Origin: Gemmatimonadota bacterium
Lineage (GTDB): Bacteria > Gemmatimonadota > Gemmatimonadetes > Palauibacterales > Palauibacteraceae
Assembly: GCA_963666735.1 (NCBI GenBank)
Contig: OY762926.1
Span: forward strand, 1,312,001 to 1,376,000
Reading direction: 5' to 3'
Length of the DNA: 64,000 nucleotides
Part shown: in pieces, positions 18,795 through 33,300 of the stretch
Numbering within the stretch: position 1 is the stretch's first letter
Layout of the letters: each line of letters starts with the position of its first letter
The notes under the pieces: model-generated
Told to the model about the DNA's origin: nothing
The model's database searches: none
What the model saw: only the letters and a program-made list of their open reading frames with translations
Made by a program: the position numbers and the translations under genes

Positions 18795-18816
18795 GATCCC
18801 CTAGTAACCTCCCCCG

Positions 18817-22515
<3,699 letters not shown>

Positions 22516-22525
22516 ACGGGCGGTC

Positions 22526-22912
22526 TCATGCGTCGCAGTGCGCGAAGATGTCGTAGTCGGCCAAAGGCCACCAAGTATGATGCGGCGGGCGTCCGATCTG
22601 CTGGAGGCGGCCCGCGCCTTCGCGGAGCAGAACGCGGCAAACCGACCGACCGCGAAGCGTCGGAAACCGCAGGGCCCTCTCGGCGTCGATTTGCTCCGCA
22701 AGCACGGATAGGCCGCGGACCCGATATTCCGATACGCCGCCAAATACTCGATCAGGGTGTTCGGCCCGCTGCGAGCGGAAATCACAGTCCGTGGGCGGCG
22801 GCGTGCGAACCAGCCTGAAGACGTATCGGCCGTGGACGATCTCCTCCGAGGTTGCTGGAGGGCAGTTCGGCGGTAGTGCCTCTCGATAGCTTGGGTGGCT
22901 GTCGCGCGCCAT
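22526..22912 (-). CDS. Hypothetical protein, possible ADP-ribosyltransferase-like fold
   Basis: LPPNCPP...VFRLV...DF...GLSV...HHTWW; R-S-H spacing as in Tse2-like ART folds (inference). Confidence 0.6.
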   Translation of the reverse strand: MARDSHPSYREALPPNCPPATSEEIVHGRYVFRLVRTPPPTDCDFRSQRAEHPDRVFGGVSEYRVRGLSVLAEQIDAERALRFPTLRGRSVCRVLLREGAGRLQQIGRPPHHTWWPLADYDIFAHCDA

Positions 22913-22930
22913 TTCTCTCTCGGTTCGGGT

Positions 22931-23572
22931 CTATGAGGTGCGAGGAGGCGAGGTTTCCCTGCGCGAGAGCTCAAGTGGTGCCGGATCCCTCGGCGTGGCC
23001 AGTTCGTATCCCGGCCGGGAGGGCTCCATGAACGTGATCGCCTCGTAGAAGTCGTCCAAGGCCACGAAGACTCCGTTCTCTTGCGCCCAACTCCGCATGC
23101 GTTGGTTGCAGGAGTTCGCCCGCGACAGGATTTCGATGCGCCATCCCCTCCCGTGCATCCGTTCCAGCGTCCGGTGGAAGTCGGCACCCTCGAGGTAGCC
23201 CGATCCGCCGCCGCTGAGGAGTATCGCGATACCGGGATCGCCGTTGTAGTCGAGTGCATCTTCGAGCGTGCGAAGCTGCAGCACGCGATCCGGCATGTCC
23301 TGCTCGCCCCGGTGGACCTCGCCGCGGTCGAACAGGCTCACCTCGATGCCCTGGGCCTCCATGCGGTTCCACAGGTGGCGTAGCTCGGGGGGGACCGAAC
23401 CGGCCGCGTACGCTCTCGTCACCGGCCGCCCGGCGTGGGCAAGCGCCAACAGTCGGTCGAATTGGATGCGTACGCGGCATCTGGCTCCGGGACCCTCCTG
23501 TCGCTCCTCCGCAAGGCGCTGGGCCTCGATGAAGATGTTCGAATGGTCCCAGTAGATGAAGCACGATTCCAT
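22931..23572 (-). CDS. NYN (PIN-like/LabA-DUF88) domain protein
   Basis: IYWDHSN, EQDMPD, LLSGGG (usually GDG), ADF, GWRIEILS. Confidence 0.8.
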   Translation of the reverse strand: MESCFIYWDHSNIFIEAQRLAEERQEGPGARCRVRIQFDRLLALAHAGRPVTRAYAAGSVPPELRHLWNRMEAQGIEVSLFDRGEVHRGEQDMPDRVLQLRTLEDALDYNGDPGIAILLSGGGSGYLEGADFHRTLERMHGRGWRIEILSRANSCNQRMRSWAQENGVFVALDDFYEAITFMEPSRPGYELATPRDPAPLELSRRETSPPRTS

Positions 23573-23706
23573 GTGTTTCTCCGTTTGTGGCCGCCGCGGC
23601 CGACTCCTGCCCCACTCTGGACGCTGCGTGGAAATCGGACTCCGCCCGGCCAGCAATCCAAGAATAGCGTTCGACGTGTCCAAGACCAACGCGCCAAGGC
23701 GAGGGT

Positions 23707-26700
23707 CTACCATGCGTCGAGTTCCAGGTGGGCCCCGCCCAGGCCGCGTTCCCGAGCGATCCCCTCCAGCTCGGGATCGCCGCGCACCAGGTATCCGAAG
23801 AAGCGTGGGTCAGCTTCGACGGAGATGTCCTGGAGGAGCCTGCGACGGTCCTCTCGGCCGATCGCATCCGTTGCCGCAGCCAATAGTTCGGTGTCCAGTG
23901 AGTAACGAGTGCCACGTTCGGACAACCCCCTACCGATGGCCTCCGCCATGATTCTCATGTCTTCCGGGGACGGCGGGAACTCCATCCGATTCTCGGTCAC
24001 GGCAACTTCTTCAGCCTTTCGTTGCGAACTTTCGTCGGCTTGGTGCAGGATCCAAGCGTTCGCGGCGTCTCGGTCACGGCGAAGCACATCGTGCAGCAGT
24101 TCGGGCGCACCGCACGTCACGGCGGCGTCACGCCATGCCACGCCCAAATTGCCGGGCGGCGGCCTTCGATCATGCAGATCCCACAGCGCGGCGGCCGTTT
24201 CGCCGCGAACCGTCTCGTCCCGATCCTCGAGCAACCGGATCCTCCACTCATCCGGAACGTCGGACCAGTGAACGGCAGCCCGCAAGACGCCGGCGTTTTC
24301 TCGCGCCGCAGCCATGACGTGTTGGACGGCCACGCGCGGCGGGTCGCGAAGGTAAGGACCAACCTGGAGGCCCGCCCACATGCCCACACCATGCCCCTCT
24401 ATACGCTCCAAGGTCCGCCACGGCGCCTCGCCAGATAGATCGGCGGCGACGGCTCCGGCGAGGAACGGGCCGATCCAAGCTTCTGGTGCCTGGCGGCTGG
24501 CGAACGCGCCAAGCCACGCGGACGGGTCATCGACCATCTCGGCCAGTTGAACCGTGATCAGATCCAGTGGACGCGTTCCGCGGTAGCCGCTCAGCTTGCC
24601 TTGGCGTTTCAATACCAGCATGCGGTCGACCACTGTTTCCGGCTTCTCTCGGCGCCATTCTTCAGCCAGCTGCAGCGCCGCCGCCTCAACCCGTTGAAGC
24701 CGCACGCGGGTCTCATCAAGTTGCTGGGCCGATGTCATCTCGCGGCGAGTGTTGCGGCCGACCGACGCGCGTGGGTACAACGCATCGATCCACCGATTCA
24801 ACGCTGCGTCGCCGATCTCCGGGATCTTCACGCCCAACGCATGCTCGCGGGCGATGCCGCACGCCCAGTGCAGGAAGCCCGGCTCCCGCCACACTTCGAA
24901 CGCCTGCTCAAGCATCCGCGGCACCTCGGCTCGGGACGCGACGCGGGTCTCGGGGAGTTTTCCGAGCACACGGACACCTGCGGTCCACTCCCGGATCACA
25001 CCCCGAGCGCATGCCATGCCGGGATCGCCCAGGTCAGTCAGGATGCGCATCGCGTCCGGCCATAGCCCCGCGAGCTGCGCGACGTCTTCCGCAGTGAGGG
25101 AACCCATCGGCATACGGAATTTCTCCCGGCTCACGGAGTCGCCCTCAATAGCCATGAAACCGAGCGCGAAGCATGTCCCAACGAGGCTCGCCACGACATT
25201 CGGCCTGCCCCGGGCCGACTGTCCCAGTTCGGTCAGCGCACTAAGGAGCGCTTGGCGCCGCATGAATGCGGAGGTGCCTGGCCGTCCAGCTCGAATCCAT
25301 GTGCCAACCGCCGAGAGGAGGTCCTCCGGCTGCGCGGTGGGAGGGGAACCATCACCGGGCTCGATCTCCAGCTCTCCGTGTTCTTCCGGGGGTTTGTCGC
25401 CTGATGTCATAGCGAGCGCGAGCAACCGCCTCAAGGCCCCGTCGGGAGCGAGCCGCAGCGCCGTAGACGCTACTGACGACGCCCGGTCGGGGTGTTGGTC
25501 CAGCACCCACATGGCTCCCTCGGCACCGGTCGCCGCGTAGATGTCGAGCACGCGGCTGCCGACGCCCGCCTTCTTGTGGGCACCGAGTCGGCTCTGGATG
25601 AGGTCGTGCGGCACCGGGGCACCGCGCGCGAGCGCGCCGAGGAGCGTTTCGGTGCAGGTGACGGCGTCCTCGACCACCTCCAGCGCCGGTTCGATCCGCA
25701 GCCTCAGCCCACCCGAGAAGTAGGTTCGAGCCACGAGGGCGTGACGCAGCACAGCTGGCCGGATGGCGATGGCGCGGCGGTACGTATCGGTCAGCGTACC
25801 CGTCCCCGATAGCGGCGCCAGCGACCCGCTCAGCGTCGCTTCCGGCAGTCCCACGGCTCGCGCCGCCGAACCCAGTTGCATGCCAGCACTCCCGCCCATG
25901 GCGAGCGTCGCCAAGTAGTGGAGGCCCGTGTCCGACAGCTGCCTGAAATCCTTCCGCAGGCCCTCCAACAGACGGTTGCCCCGGACGAGATCTTCGAGTC
26001 CCCGTTGTGCCGTGTACCGAGCCAGCGTAAGGGCCAGTCCCGGCCGACACGGGCCCGAGTGCTTCAGCATGTCGTCGGGCAGGTCCTCACACTGGTCGAG
26101 AATCTCGCGGATCACGCCGTCGGCGAGGTCGGGCTCTTCGCGGCGGATGATTTCCGCTACGGTCTCGCGCGGCAAGCCTCCGACCCGAATCAACCGATCC
26201 CTCCCCACGAACAACCGCACGGCCAGCGCCTGCTCGTAGCTCGGCCATGTCGACGCCACGATGCCGAAGTCGAAGCCGGGCTCCTCCCTCAGTCTGAGCA
26301 GGAGATCGAGCACCGACTCCCGGAGATGCGCGTCGTCCACGAAGACGAATTGCATGGGGGCGTCCCGGAACGCATCGGCGATTCTCCCGGGATCCTCCGA
26401 CACCGCGAACAGGCCGCGCCCTTCCCTCGCAAGCGTCTCCAGCAGCGCCGTCTTCCCGACGCCGGGCTGCCCCACGAGCAGAGCGTCGCCTTGGTGTCCG
26501 CGCAGCCAGTCGAGTTCCTGGTCCCGGCCAATGAGTTCGCCGACCCGAGACGGGCCCGGCAGACGGGGGAGCGCCGAGAGCGCGGGAGGATCGCCCGGCA
26601 GACCCAGGAGTTCGAGCCGCCACTTCGAGTTCCCGTAGAGCAGACCCGTGAAATAATCGCGGTCGTGGACGTTGCGGAGTGTGAAGCCGAGCTCCCGCGC

Positions 26701-27033
26701 GCGAGCCCCAAGGTTCCGCCGTCTTTGCGGGGTGAGCGCCTGAGACGTCGCCACGACCGCCTCCGTCGCGCCCCCCCCGGCGGCGCCATATGATTTCAGG
26801 CTACGGGTCAGGTTCCCGATAACGTCCGTTGCGGTGGTCGCGATCAGGGGGAGCGGCTCTCCGACGGCGTTCGGGATCGCGCCATCCATCCCGGCGTCTC
26901 CACCGCCCGTGACCGGAGCCAGCCCCGGATACGCATCCCGTAGCAGTTCCACCGCACAGCGCTCGAAGAGGTGGGGATCGAGCTTCTCACGCAGCCGTTC
27001 CTCGATCTTCCGGTACAGCGGATCCCGTATCAC
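23707..27033 (-). CDS. Nuclease-like N-terminus + STAND-type P-loop NTPase + helical C-terminus (Avs-like defence protein)
   Basis: FERCAVELL...GGGDAGMDG Mrr-like N-terminus; LIGRDQEL, GQPGVGKT Walker A, FVFVDDAH Walker B. Confidence 0.72.
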   Translation of the reverse strand: MIRDPLYRKIEERLREKLDPHLFERCAVELLRDAYPGLAPVTGGGDAGMDGAIPNAVGEPLPLIATTATDVIGNLTRSLKSYGAAGGGATEAVVATSQALTPQRRRNLGARARELGFTLRNVHDRDYFTGLLYGNSKWRLELLGLPGDPPALSALPRLPGPSRVGELIGRDQELDWLRGHQGDALLVGQPGVGKTALLETLAREGRGLFAVSEDPGRIADAFRDAPMQFVFVDDAHLRESVLDLLLRLREEPGFDFGIVASTWPSYEQALAVRLFVGRDRLIRVGGLPRETVAEIIRREEPDLADGVIREILDQCEDLPDDMLKHSGPCRPGLALTLARYTAQRGLEDLVRGNRLLEGLRKDFRQLSDTGLHYLATLAMGGSAGMQLGSAARAVGLPEATLSGSLAPLSGTGTLTDTYRRAIAIRPAVLRHALVARTYFSGGLRLRIEPALEVVEDAVTCTETLLGALARGAPVPHDLIQSRLGAHKKAGVGSRVLDIYAATGAEGAMWVLDQHPDRASSVASTALRLAPDGALRRLLALAMTSGDKPPEEHGELEIEPGDGSPPTAQPEDLLSAVGTWIRAGRPGTSAFMRRQALLSALTELGQSARGRPNVVASLVGTCFALGFMAIEGDSVSREKFRMPMGSLTAEDVAQLAGLWPDAMRILTDLGDPGMACARGVIREWTAGVRVLGKLPETRVASRAEVPRMLEQAFEVWREPGFLHWACGIAREHALGVKIPEIGDAALNRWIDALYPRASVGRNTRREMTSAQQLDETRVRLQRVEAAALQLAEEWRREKPETVVDRMLVLKRQGKLSGYRGTRPLDLITVQLAEMVDDPSAWLGAFASRQAPEAWIGPFLAGAVAADLSGEAPWRTLERIEGHGVGMWAGLQVGPYLRDPPRVAVQHVMAAARENAGVLRAAVHWSDVPDEWRIRLLEDRDETVRGETAAALWDLHDRRPPPGNLGVAWRDAAVTCGAPELLHDVLRRDRDAANAWILHQADESSQRKAEEVAVTENRMEFPPSPEDMRIMAEAIGRGLSERGTRYSLDTELLAAATDAIGREDRRRLLQDISVEADPRFFGYLVRGDPELEGIARERGLGGAHLELDAW

Positions 27034-27034
27034 C

Positions 27035-28441
27035 TCAACCTCCGATGAGCCACGCCAGCATCCCCGTCGGTATCGCGATGAGACCGGGGTCGCCCGTATC
27101 CAGCGCCCTCCGAGTCGCCACGAGGCCGCGCCACTTGGAATTCCGGATCACGGCCGCCCCCCGGGTCCACCGCTCGCCGTCCACGTACTTCGACTCGATG
27201 GCCAGGTCGCCGAACCCCGGGCCCACGAAGTCGATCTCCCGCCGCCCTCCCGTACGGTGATGGAGAACCGAGTCGAAGTTCAGGTACGAGGCCTGGTCTT
27301 CGCGCAGGAACGAGCGGACGAGCGCCACGCCCAGCTGCTGCTCCGACATGGGGCCGGGTTCGACAGGCACGGCGTGGGGCGAGAGGTGGACGTAGACGGG
27401 ATCGGCAAAGTAGGTCTTCTCCTGGGATCGCAGCGCTGGACGGAGAGAGCGCTCCGGATAACAGGGCCAGACGATGAACGCCTCTCGCAGCGCATCGATC
27501 CGGCGGCCGGCGGATTGACGCGAGGTGCCGAGATCCGTGGCGATGTCATGACGGTTCGTCGGTGACGCGAGCCCCCTCGCCAGCCGTGCCGTGAACGCGG
27601 CCGACTGCGCCTGCGACCACGCCGCCCCGGCGAAGGCCTCGCCGTGAATGACATGGAACAGGTCGCGGCGGAGTTCCCGCGCAGAGTCGTCGCCCCCAGC
27701 GGCGGCGGAGACCGCCTGAGGAAAACCGCCCACGCGGATGTACTCGTCCCACTTCCGCACGAGTTCGTTAAGCCATGGGGCCAGCGTTCGCACCCGCTCC
27801 CGCAGGACGGGAGGAGTGAGATCCGCCACCGACAGCGGTGGAATGCGCTGCGGTAGATCCGCATCGGAGTGCGCGCGCACGAAGGCCCGAAAGGACATTG
27901 GCAGGAGGACCCGGTCGGGATCCGGCACGCCACCGCGCCGTCCGGCGAGCGCCCTGACGGCTTCACCCAGATCCGCAGCCGACGATCCCGTGAGGACGAC
28001 AGTGTCGTCGCCGAAGCGGGAGTCGTTATCCCGCAGCCACTTGATGGCGGCGGGCCATCCGTCCGCGATGGCGGTGATCTCGTCGAAGAACCAGAAACGC
28101 CGTCCTTCCGGCGGCGTGAAGTCGGCGGCGACATCCACGATGCGCCCGAGATCCCCCGCCGACAGACGATCCGCAGCGAAATGAACGATCCGGCGGGGAT
28201 CTTCGCCATCTCCGATGAGGCGCTTGATCGTCTTCTTGACCTCGACCGACTTCCCGACCCGCCTCGGCCCGCGAAGCAGATAGAGGCCGCCGGGTCGAAG
28301 ATCATCGAGTACCTTGGCCGAGTAGTCGAACGGTGCCCGGGCCGCCTGACGGAGATCTCGGTCGGCCAATACCCACGAGCGCGGCTTGTCCCACCAACCC
28401 GTGAGAGCCAGCATGCTTCGGATGTCGTCAACGCTGGGCAT
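27035..28441 (-). CDS. AAA+ ATPase (AAA_14 / DUF4143 type)
   Basis: GPRRVGKS, FFDEI, LTGSS, GGFP, KTYFADP, REIDF, AIESK. Confidence 0.85.
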   Translation of the reverse strand: MPSVDDIRSMLALTGWWDKPRSWVLADRDLRQAARAPFDYSAKVLDDLRPGGLYLLRGPRRVGKSVEVKKTIKRLIGDGEDPRRIVHFAADRLSAGDLGRIVDVAADFTPPEGRRFWFFDEITAIADGWPAAIKWLRDNDSRFGDDTVVLTGSSAADLGEAVRALAGRRGGVPDPDRVLLPMSFRAFVRAHSDADLPQRIPPLSVADLTPPVLRERVRTLAPWLNELVRKWDEYIRVGGFPQAVSAAAGGDDSARELRRDLFHVIHGEAFAGAAWSQAQSAAFTARLARGLASPTNRHDIATDLGTSRQSAGRRIDALREAFIVWPCYPERSLRPALRSQEKTYFADPVYVHLSPHAVPVEPGPMSEQQLGVALVRSFLREDQASYLNFDSVLHHRTGGRREIDFVGPGFGDLAIESKYVDGERWTRGAAVIRNSKWRGLVATRRALDTGDPGLIAIPTGMLAWLIGG

Positions 28442-28537
28442 TCCGGCTCCCGCCGTTTACGATTCATCGAGGATTCGTCATCGGTGATGATGGTATGGCC
28501 CCGGGACACCGAGAGCAATTTTTCAACGAGAGATGCG

Positions 28538-28601
28538 ATACCATGGACGATTTTGCCGCGAAAATGACCATACCATGGACGATTTTGCCGCGAAAATGAC
28601 C
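28538..28601. repeat. Perfect 32-bp tandem duplication in a divergent intergenic region
   Basis: ATACCATGGACGATTTTGCCGCGAAAATGACC x2; each copy contains ATTTT-N6-AAAAT. Confidence 0.9.
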
Positions 28602-28625
28602 ACATTACTAAGAAGAGATGGGGAA

Positions 28626-29570
28626 ATGGGTGATACGCAGAGGGTCGGCCGCGTGCAGCGTGCAAAGCTGCGCGACGTGTGGGGACACGAAGCTCGAGAT
28701 TTCACGACTTGGTTGGAGGAGAACGTCGACCTCCTCAACGAGGCCACGGGCCTCAGCCTCAGCGGTGCCGAGCGGGAAAAGTCCACTGGTTCCTTCAGCA
28801 TCGATCTCATCGCCGAGGATGAGAAGGGTCGAGCGGTCGTGATCGAGAACCAGTTGGAGAAGAGCGATCACGATCATCTCGGCAAACTGCTCACGTACCT
28901 CGTGGGTTTCGAGGCGAAGCAGGCGATCTGGATCGTCGCCGATCCCCGCCCGGAGCATATCCGTGTGATCACCTGGTTGAACGAGAGTGCATCCGCAGAC
29001 TTTTACCTGATGAAGCTCGAAGCCATCCGAATCGACGATTCCGACCCGGCACCGTTCTTCACGCTGATCGTGGGTCCAAGTGAGGAAACGCGTGAGGTGG
29101 GCCGCTCAAAGAAGGAGATGACGGATCGCGTGCGTATCCGCCACCGATTCTTCGAACGATTGCTGGAACGTGCCAAGTCAAAGACTCGACTTCACGCCGG
29201 CGTCAGCCCCGGCACCGCACATTGGGTCGGCACGGGAGCAGGGATCGCGGGACTCAGTTACACGTACGTCGTGCGAAAACGCGACGCTCGCGTCGAACTC
29301 TACATTGACACTCCTGATGGCAAGGAGAACCGGCGGATCTTTGACGCGTTGTTCGGCGCCCGAGAAGAAATCGAACGTCGATTCGACGCCCCGTTGGAGT
29401 GGGACACAAAGGACGGGCGGCGGGCGTGTCGAATCAAGAAGACGTTCGACGTCGGAGGCTGGCACGACGAAGACGACGGGGAAGCCGTACACGAGCAGCT
29501 GGTTGAGGGAATGATCAAGCTCGAATCGGCCATCCGGCCCGATCTGACGAGACTACGCCAAGGCAGTTAG
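28626..29570 (+). CDS. DUF4268-domain protein with N-terminal PD-(D/E)xK-like domain
   Basis: LRDVWGHEARDFTTWL, IDLIAED...VIENQLEKSDHDHLGKLLTY; C-terminal VELYID...LEWD...RACRI. Confidence 0.8.
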   Translation: MGDTQRVGRVQRAKLRDVWGHEARDFTTWLEENVDLLNEATGLSLSGAEREKSTGSFSIDLIAEDEKGRAVVIENQLEKSDHDHLGKLLTYLVGFEAKQAIWIVADPRPEHIRVITWLNESASADFYLMKLEAIRIDDSDPAPFFTLIVGPSEETREVGRSKKEMTDRVRIRHRFFERLLERAKSKTRLHAGVSPGTAHWVGTGAGIAGLSYTYVVRKRDARVELYIDTPDGKENRRIFDALFGAREEIERRFDAPLEWDTKDGRRACRIKKTFDVGGWHDEDDGEAVHEQLVEGMIKLESAIRPDLTRLRQGS

Positions 29571-29693
29571 GCGCGTCCGGGTAGCGGAAGCTCTCCTTCT
29601 GGCTGACCGGTTCTCCCCCGTCGATGGCGCCCTCCGGTCCCCGCGGTGGGAACCCCTAGAGCAGTCCCCGGCTCACGGCCGTATCGTCATAAT

Positions 29694-29732
29694 GACCGTC
29701 AAAATGACGACTCCGCCGTCGTTTTGACGGTC
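29694..29732. repeat. 16-bp inverted repeat (operator or bidirectional hairpin)
   Basis: GACCGTCAAAATGACG-N7-CGTCGTTTTGACGGTC between convergent genes. Confidence 0.6.
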
Positions 29733-29826
29733 GACTTCCTATCGGCCAGCCTCAATTCCGAGTACCTCGACACGGTCAAGCGGCCGGCAACATCATGACC
29801 GATGCGGTTTTCGGACCGGGGACGGC

Positions 29827-30213
29827 TTACGATTTGATGGCGTCCCAGAATCCTCTTGGACTCACGATTGCGACCGGTGCAATCTCGGCGGCCCGTAGGA
29901 GATCTTCATCTCCCGTCACGAGGAGATCGGCCATTCCGGCTACCGCCTCCTCGAGGATGGGAACGTCGTCAGGATCATCGAGTGCGATCCCGAGTGCGGC
30001 GGCCTCGCGGATGATCTCGCCTTCCTCCCGAAGAAAGGTCTCGACAGCCTCGACCGTGCCGCGGGGGACACCGAATTTTCGCAGCAGGACCCGGCGCAAC
30101 TCGCGGAACACCGTCTCGCTCAAGACAAGCGAGTGGCTCTCGATCACGGAGCGGAGGACATCGGAGCAGAGCCCTCTGGTGGCCACCGCGCTGGCCACGA
30201 CATTGGTGTCGAG
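29827..30213 (-). pseudogene. PIN-domain toxin (TIGR00305-like), 5'-truncated
   Basis: LDTNV...DPDD...LVTGDEDLL...SPRGF. The expected Mxxx start before LDTNV is missing and no antitoxin is present. Confidence 0.7.
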
Positions 30214-30327
30214 GCCATGGATTCCGCCGGGGCTCTCGGGGTTGTCTTGCGCGCCGGGGACGGGACCAGCCACTGTGCGGAAGGCCCTGTGTCGCCGCAG
30301 TCATCCGCCGTCACCCCGGAGGTTCCG

Positions 30328-33300
30328 ATGGCGTTCCACTCGAAGTTCCAGCGATTCTCCCGGCTTCTCGTATCTCTCCTTCTTCCGCTGGCCCTCGCGA
30401 CGGCCCTTCCACGCACGACCCAGGGACAGTCCGCCTCCGAGCGTGCCGCCGACGCGGCCTCGGTGCTCGAATTCCGGGAACTGGGGCCGGCGATCATGGG
30501 CGGGCGGGTGGCCGACCTCGCGGTCGTGGAGAGCGACCCGCGCATCTTCTACGTCGGCCTCGGCGCGGGCGGCGTGTGGAAGACGACGAACGACGGCATG
30601 ACGTGGGATCCGGTGTTCGACGACCAGCCGACGGCCTCCGTCGGGGCCGTGAGCGTGGCTCCGTCCAACCCGAACCACGTGTGGGTGGGGACGGGCGAAC
30701 CGGCGAACCGCCAGAGTTCGCCGTGGGGCGTCGGCGTCTTCAAGTCGACGGACGCGGGCGGGACATGGACGCACGTGGGGCTCGAGGACACGCGCCATAT
30801 CAGCAGGATCAGGATCGACCCGCGCGATCCCGGCGTCGTCTACGTGGGCGCGATGGGCCACCTGTGGGGCCCGAACGAGGAGCGCGGCCTTTTCAAGACG
30901 ACCGATGGCGGCGCGACGTGGGAGAACATCCTCCACATCGACGAGCACACCGGGATCATCGACCTCGTCATGGACCACAACGACCCGAACACGCTCTTCG
31001 CGGCGACCTACCAGCGGCAGCGCACCGGCTTCGGATTCGCGGCCGGCGGCGGCGGGTCGGGCCTGTGGCGCACGACGGACGGCGGAGAGAGCTGGACCCG
31101 GCTCGAGGAGGGGCTGCCGGAGGGTGAACTGGGCCGCATCGGACTCGACATCTACCGGCGGGACGGCAACCTCGTGTACGCGATCGTGGAGGCGCACGAG
31201 GGCCAGGGCGTGTACCGCTCCACCGACCGCGGCGAAACGTGGGAGTTCATGAGCGACCGCAACCCGCGGCCGATGTATTTCTCCCTCATCCGGATCGACC
31301 CCAACAACCCGGAGCGGATTTACTTGGGCGGCGTCCAGTCATCGGCCTCCGACGACGGGGGCCGCACGTGGTGGCCCGGCAACGCGACGGACCAGATCCA
31401 CTCCGACCACCACGCATTGTGGATCAATCCCGACAATTCGAACCATCTCATCAACGGGAACGACGGCGGGTTGGCCTTCTCGCGCGATGGCTCCGTCACC
31501 TGGCGTTCGATCCGGAACATGGCGATCGGCCAGTTCTACGAGATCGACGTCGACATGAGCGATCCGTACAACGTGTGCGGCGGGCTGCAGGACAACGGCA
31601 ACTGGTGCGCTCCGCACCGGACGCAGTCCACATGGGGCGTGCGCAACCGCGAGTGGACGCACATGTGGTTCGGGGACGGGTTCCACAACCACTCCGACCC
31701 CGAAGATCCGAACATCATGTTTTCGGAGTCGCAGGGCGGGAACATGGCGCGCATCGACGTGGCCACGCGCGAGGGGCAGTCGATCCGGCCTTTTCCGCGC
31801 CCGGCGGGAGATGAGGCGGAGGACGACGAGCCGCGCCGCTACCGCTTCAACTGGGACTCGCCGTTCGCGATCTCGCGCCACGACCGGGGGACGATCTACC
31901 TGGGCGGGAACCACCTCTTCCGGTCGCGGGACCGGGGCGGGAACTGGGAAGAGGCGAGCCCCGACCTCACGAAGCAGATCGACCGCGACACGCTGGAGAT
32001 CATGGGCCGGGTGGTGACGGACGAGACGCTGTCGGACAACGACGGGATCGCCTCATACGGCAACATCACGGCGTTCGCGGAGTCGAAGCACTCGCCCGGC
32101 GCCCTTTACGTGGGGACGGATGACGGGAACCTGCAGGTGACGCTCGACGGCGGCGCCACCTGGACGAACGTCATCGACCAGGTGCCCGGCGTCCCGCCCC
32201 GCACCTACGTGAGTCGTCTCGAGACGTCGCATGCGGTGGACGGACGCGTGTACGTGACGTTCGACGGGCACAGAAACGACGACTATGCGCCCTACGCCTA
32301 CGCGAGCGAAGACCACGGTACGACCTGGCGGCAGATTGCGGCCGGCCTCCCCGACGGCTGGTCGGTGAACGTGATCCGGGAGCACCCGCGGAACCCGGAC
32401 CTCCTCTTCCTCGGGAACGAGGTCGGCGTCTACGTGTCGATCGACCGGGGCGAGTCCTGGGCGCGCATGGTGAACAACCTGCCCACGGTTCCGGTGGACG
32501 ACATCGCGATCCATCCGCGCGAGAACGACCTCGTGGTGGGGACGCACGGGCGCAGCATCTGGATCCTCGACGACATCACGCCGCTCGAGGAGATGTCCGC
32601 GGACGTGTTCGCGTCCGACTTCCGGCTGTTCGGCGCCCGGCGCGGCACGATGTGGTCGATGGGCATGGACTGGCCCTTCCAGCCGGCGACGTTCATCGCC
32701 CCCAACCCGCCGGCCGGGATGCCGCTCCGCTACTACCTGGGCGACGGGGTCGACTCGGACGGCGCGAGCCTCGAGATCCTCGATGGCGGCGAGGTCGTGC
32801 GCACGATGGACGCCGCCGGGGAGGCGGGGCTGAACGAAGTCCTGTGGGACTTCCGGGTCGATCCGGCCTTCGACGTGGATGGAGGCGGGGGAGGCTTCTC
32901 GCGTGGACCTCCGCCGGGCGCGGGGCCGCGGGTGCTGCCCGGCACCTATACCGTGCGGCTCACCGTCGGTGGTGAGAGCCAGGAGACCGAGGTGGGCGTG
33001 CGCCTCGACCCGCGGCGCGAGGCGAGCCGGGTGGCGCTCGTCGCCCGGCAGGACGCGATGATGCGGGCCCACGCGCTGGCCGGGCCCGTGCGGGACGCGC
33101 GGCAGCGGATCGGCACCATGAACGGCCGGCTGGACGAGATCAAGGCGCTGCTGGACGACGCGGAGATGGACGACGCGGACCGCGAGCGGATCGAGGCCAT
33201 GGCCGAGGAGATTTCCGGCGAACTCGAGGAGATCGACGACGATCTGGCTGACGCGGCCGGCGGCACCGGAATCTCGCAGATGGAAGGGTGGTCCGGCGAA

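Noticed and set aside
22516..23259. ORF-track N-terminal extension giving a 1480-aa Mod
   Set aside because: It overlaps two better-supported genes in other frames and is Arg/Ser-rich noise. ATG 22515 is the plausible start.
28538..28601. Possible CRISPR array (32-bp repeats)
   Set aside because: There are only two directly abutting copies, with no spacer and no cas genes.
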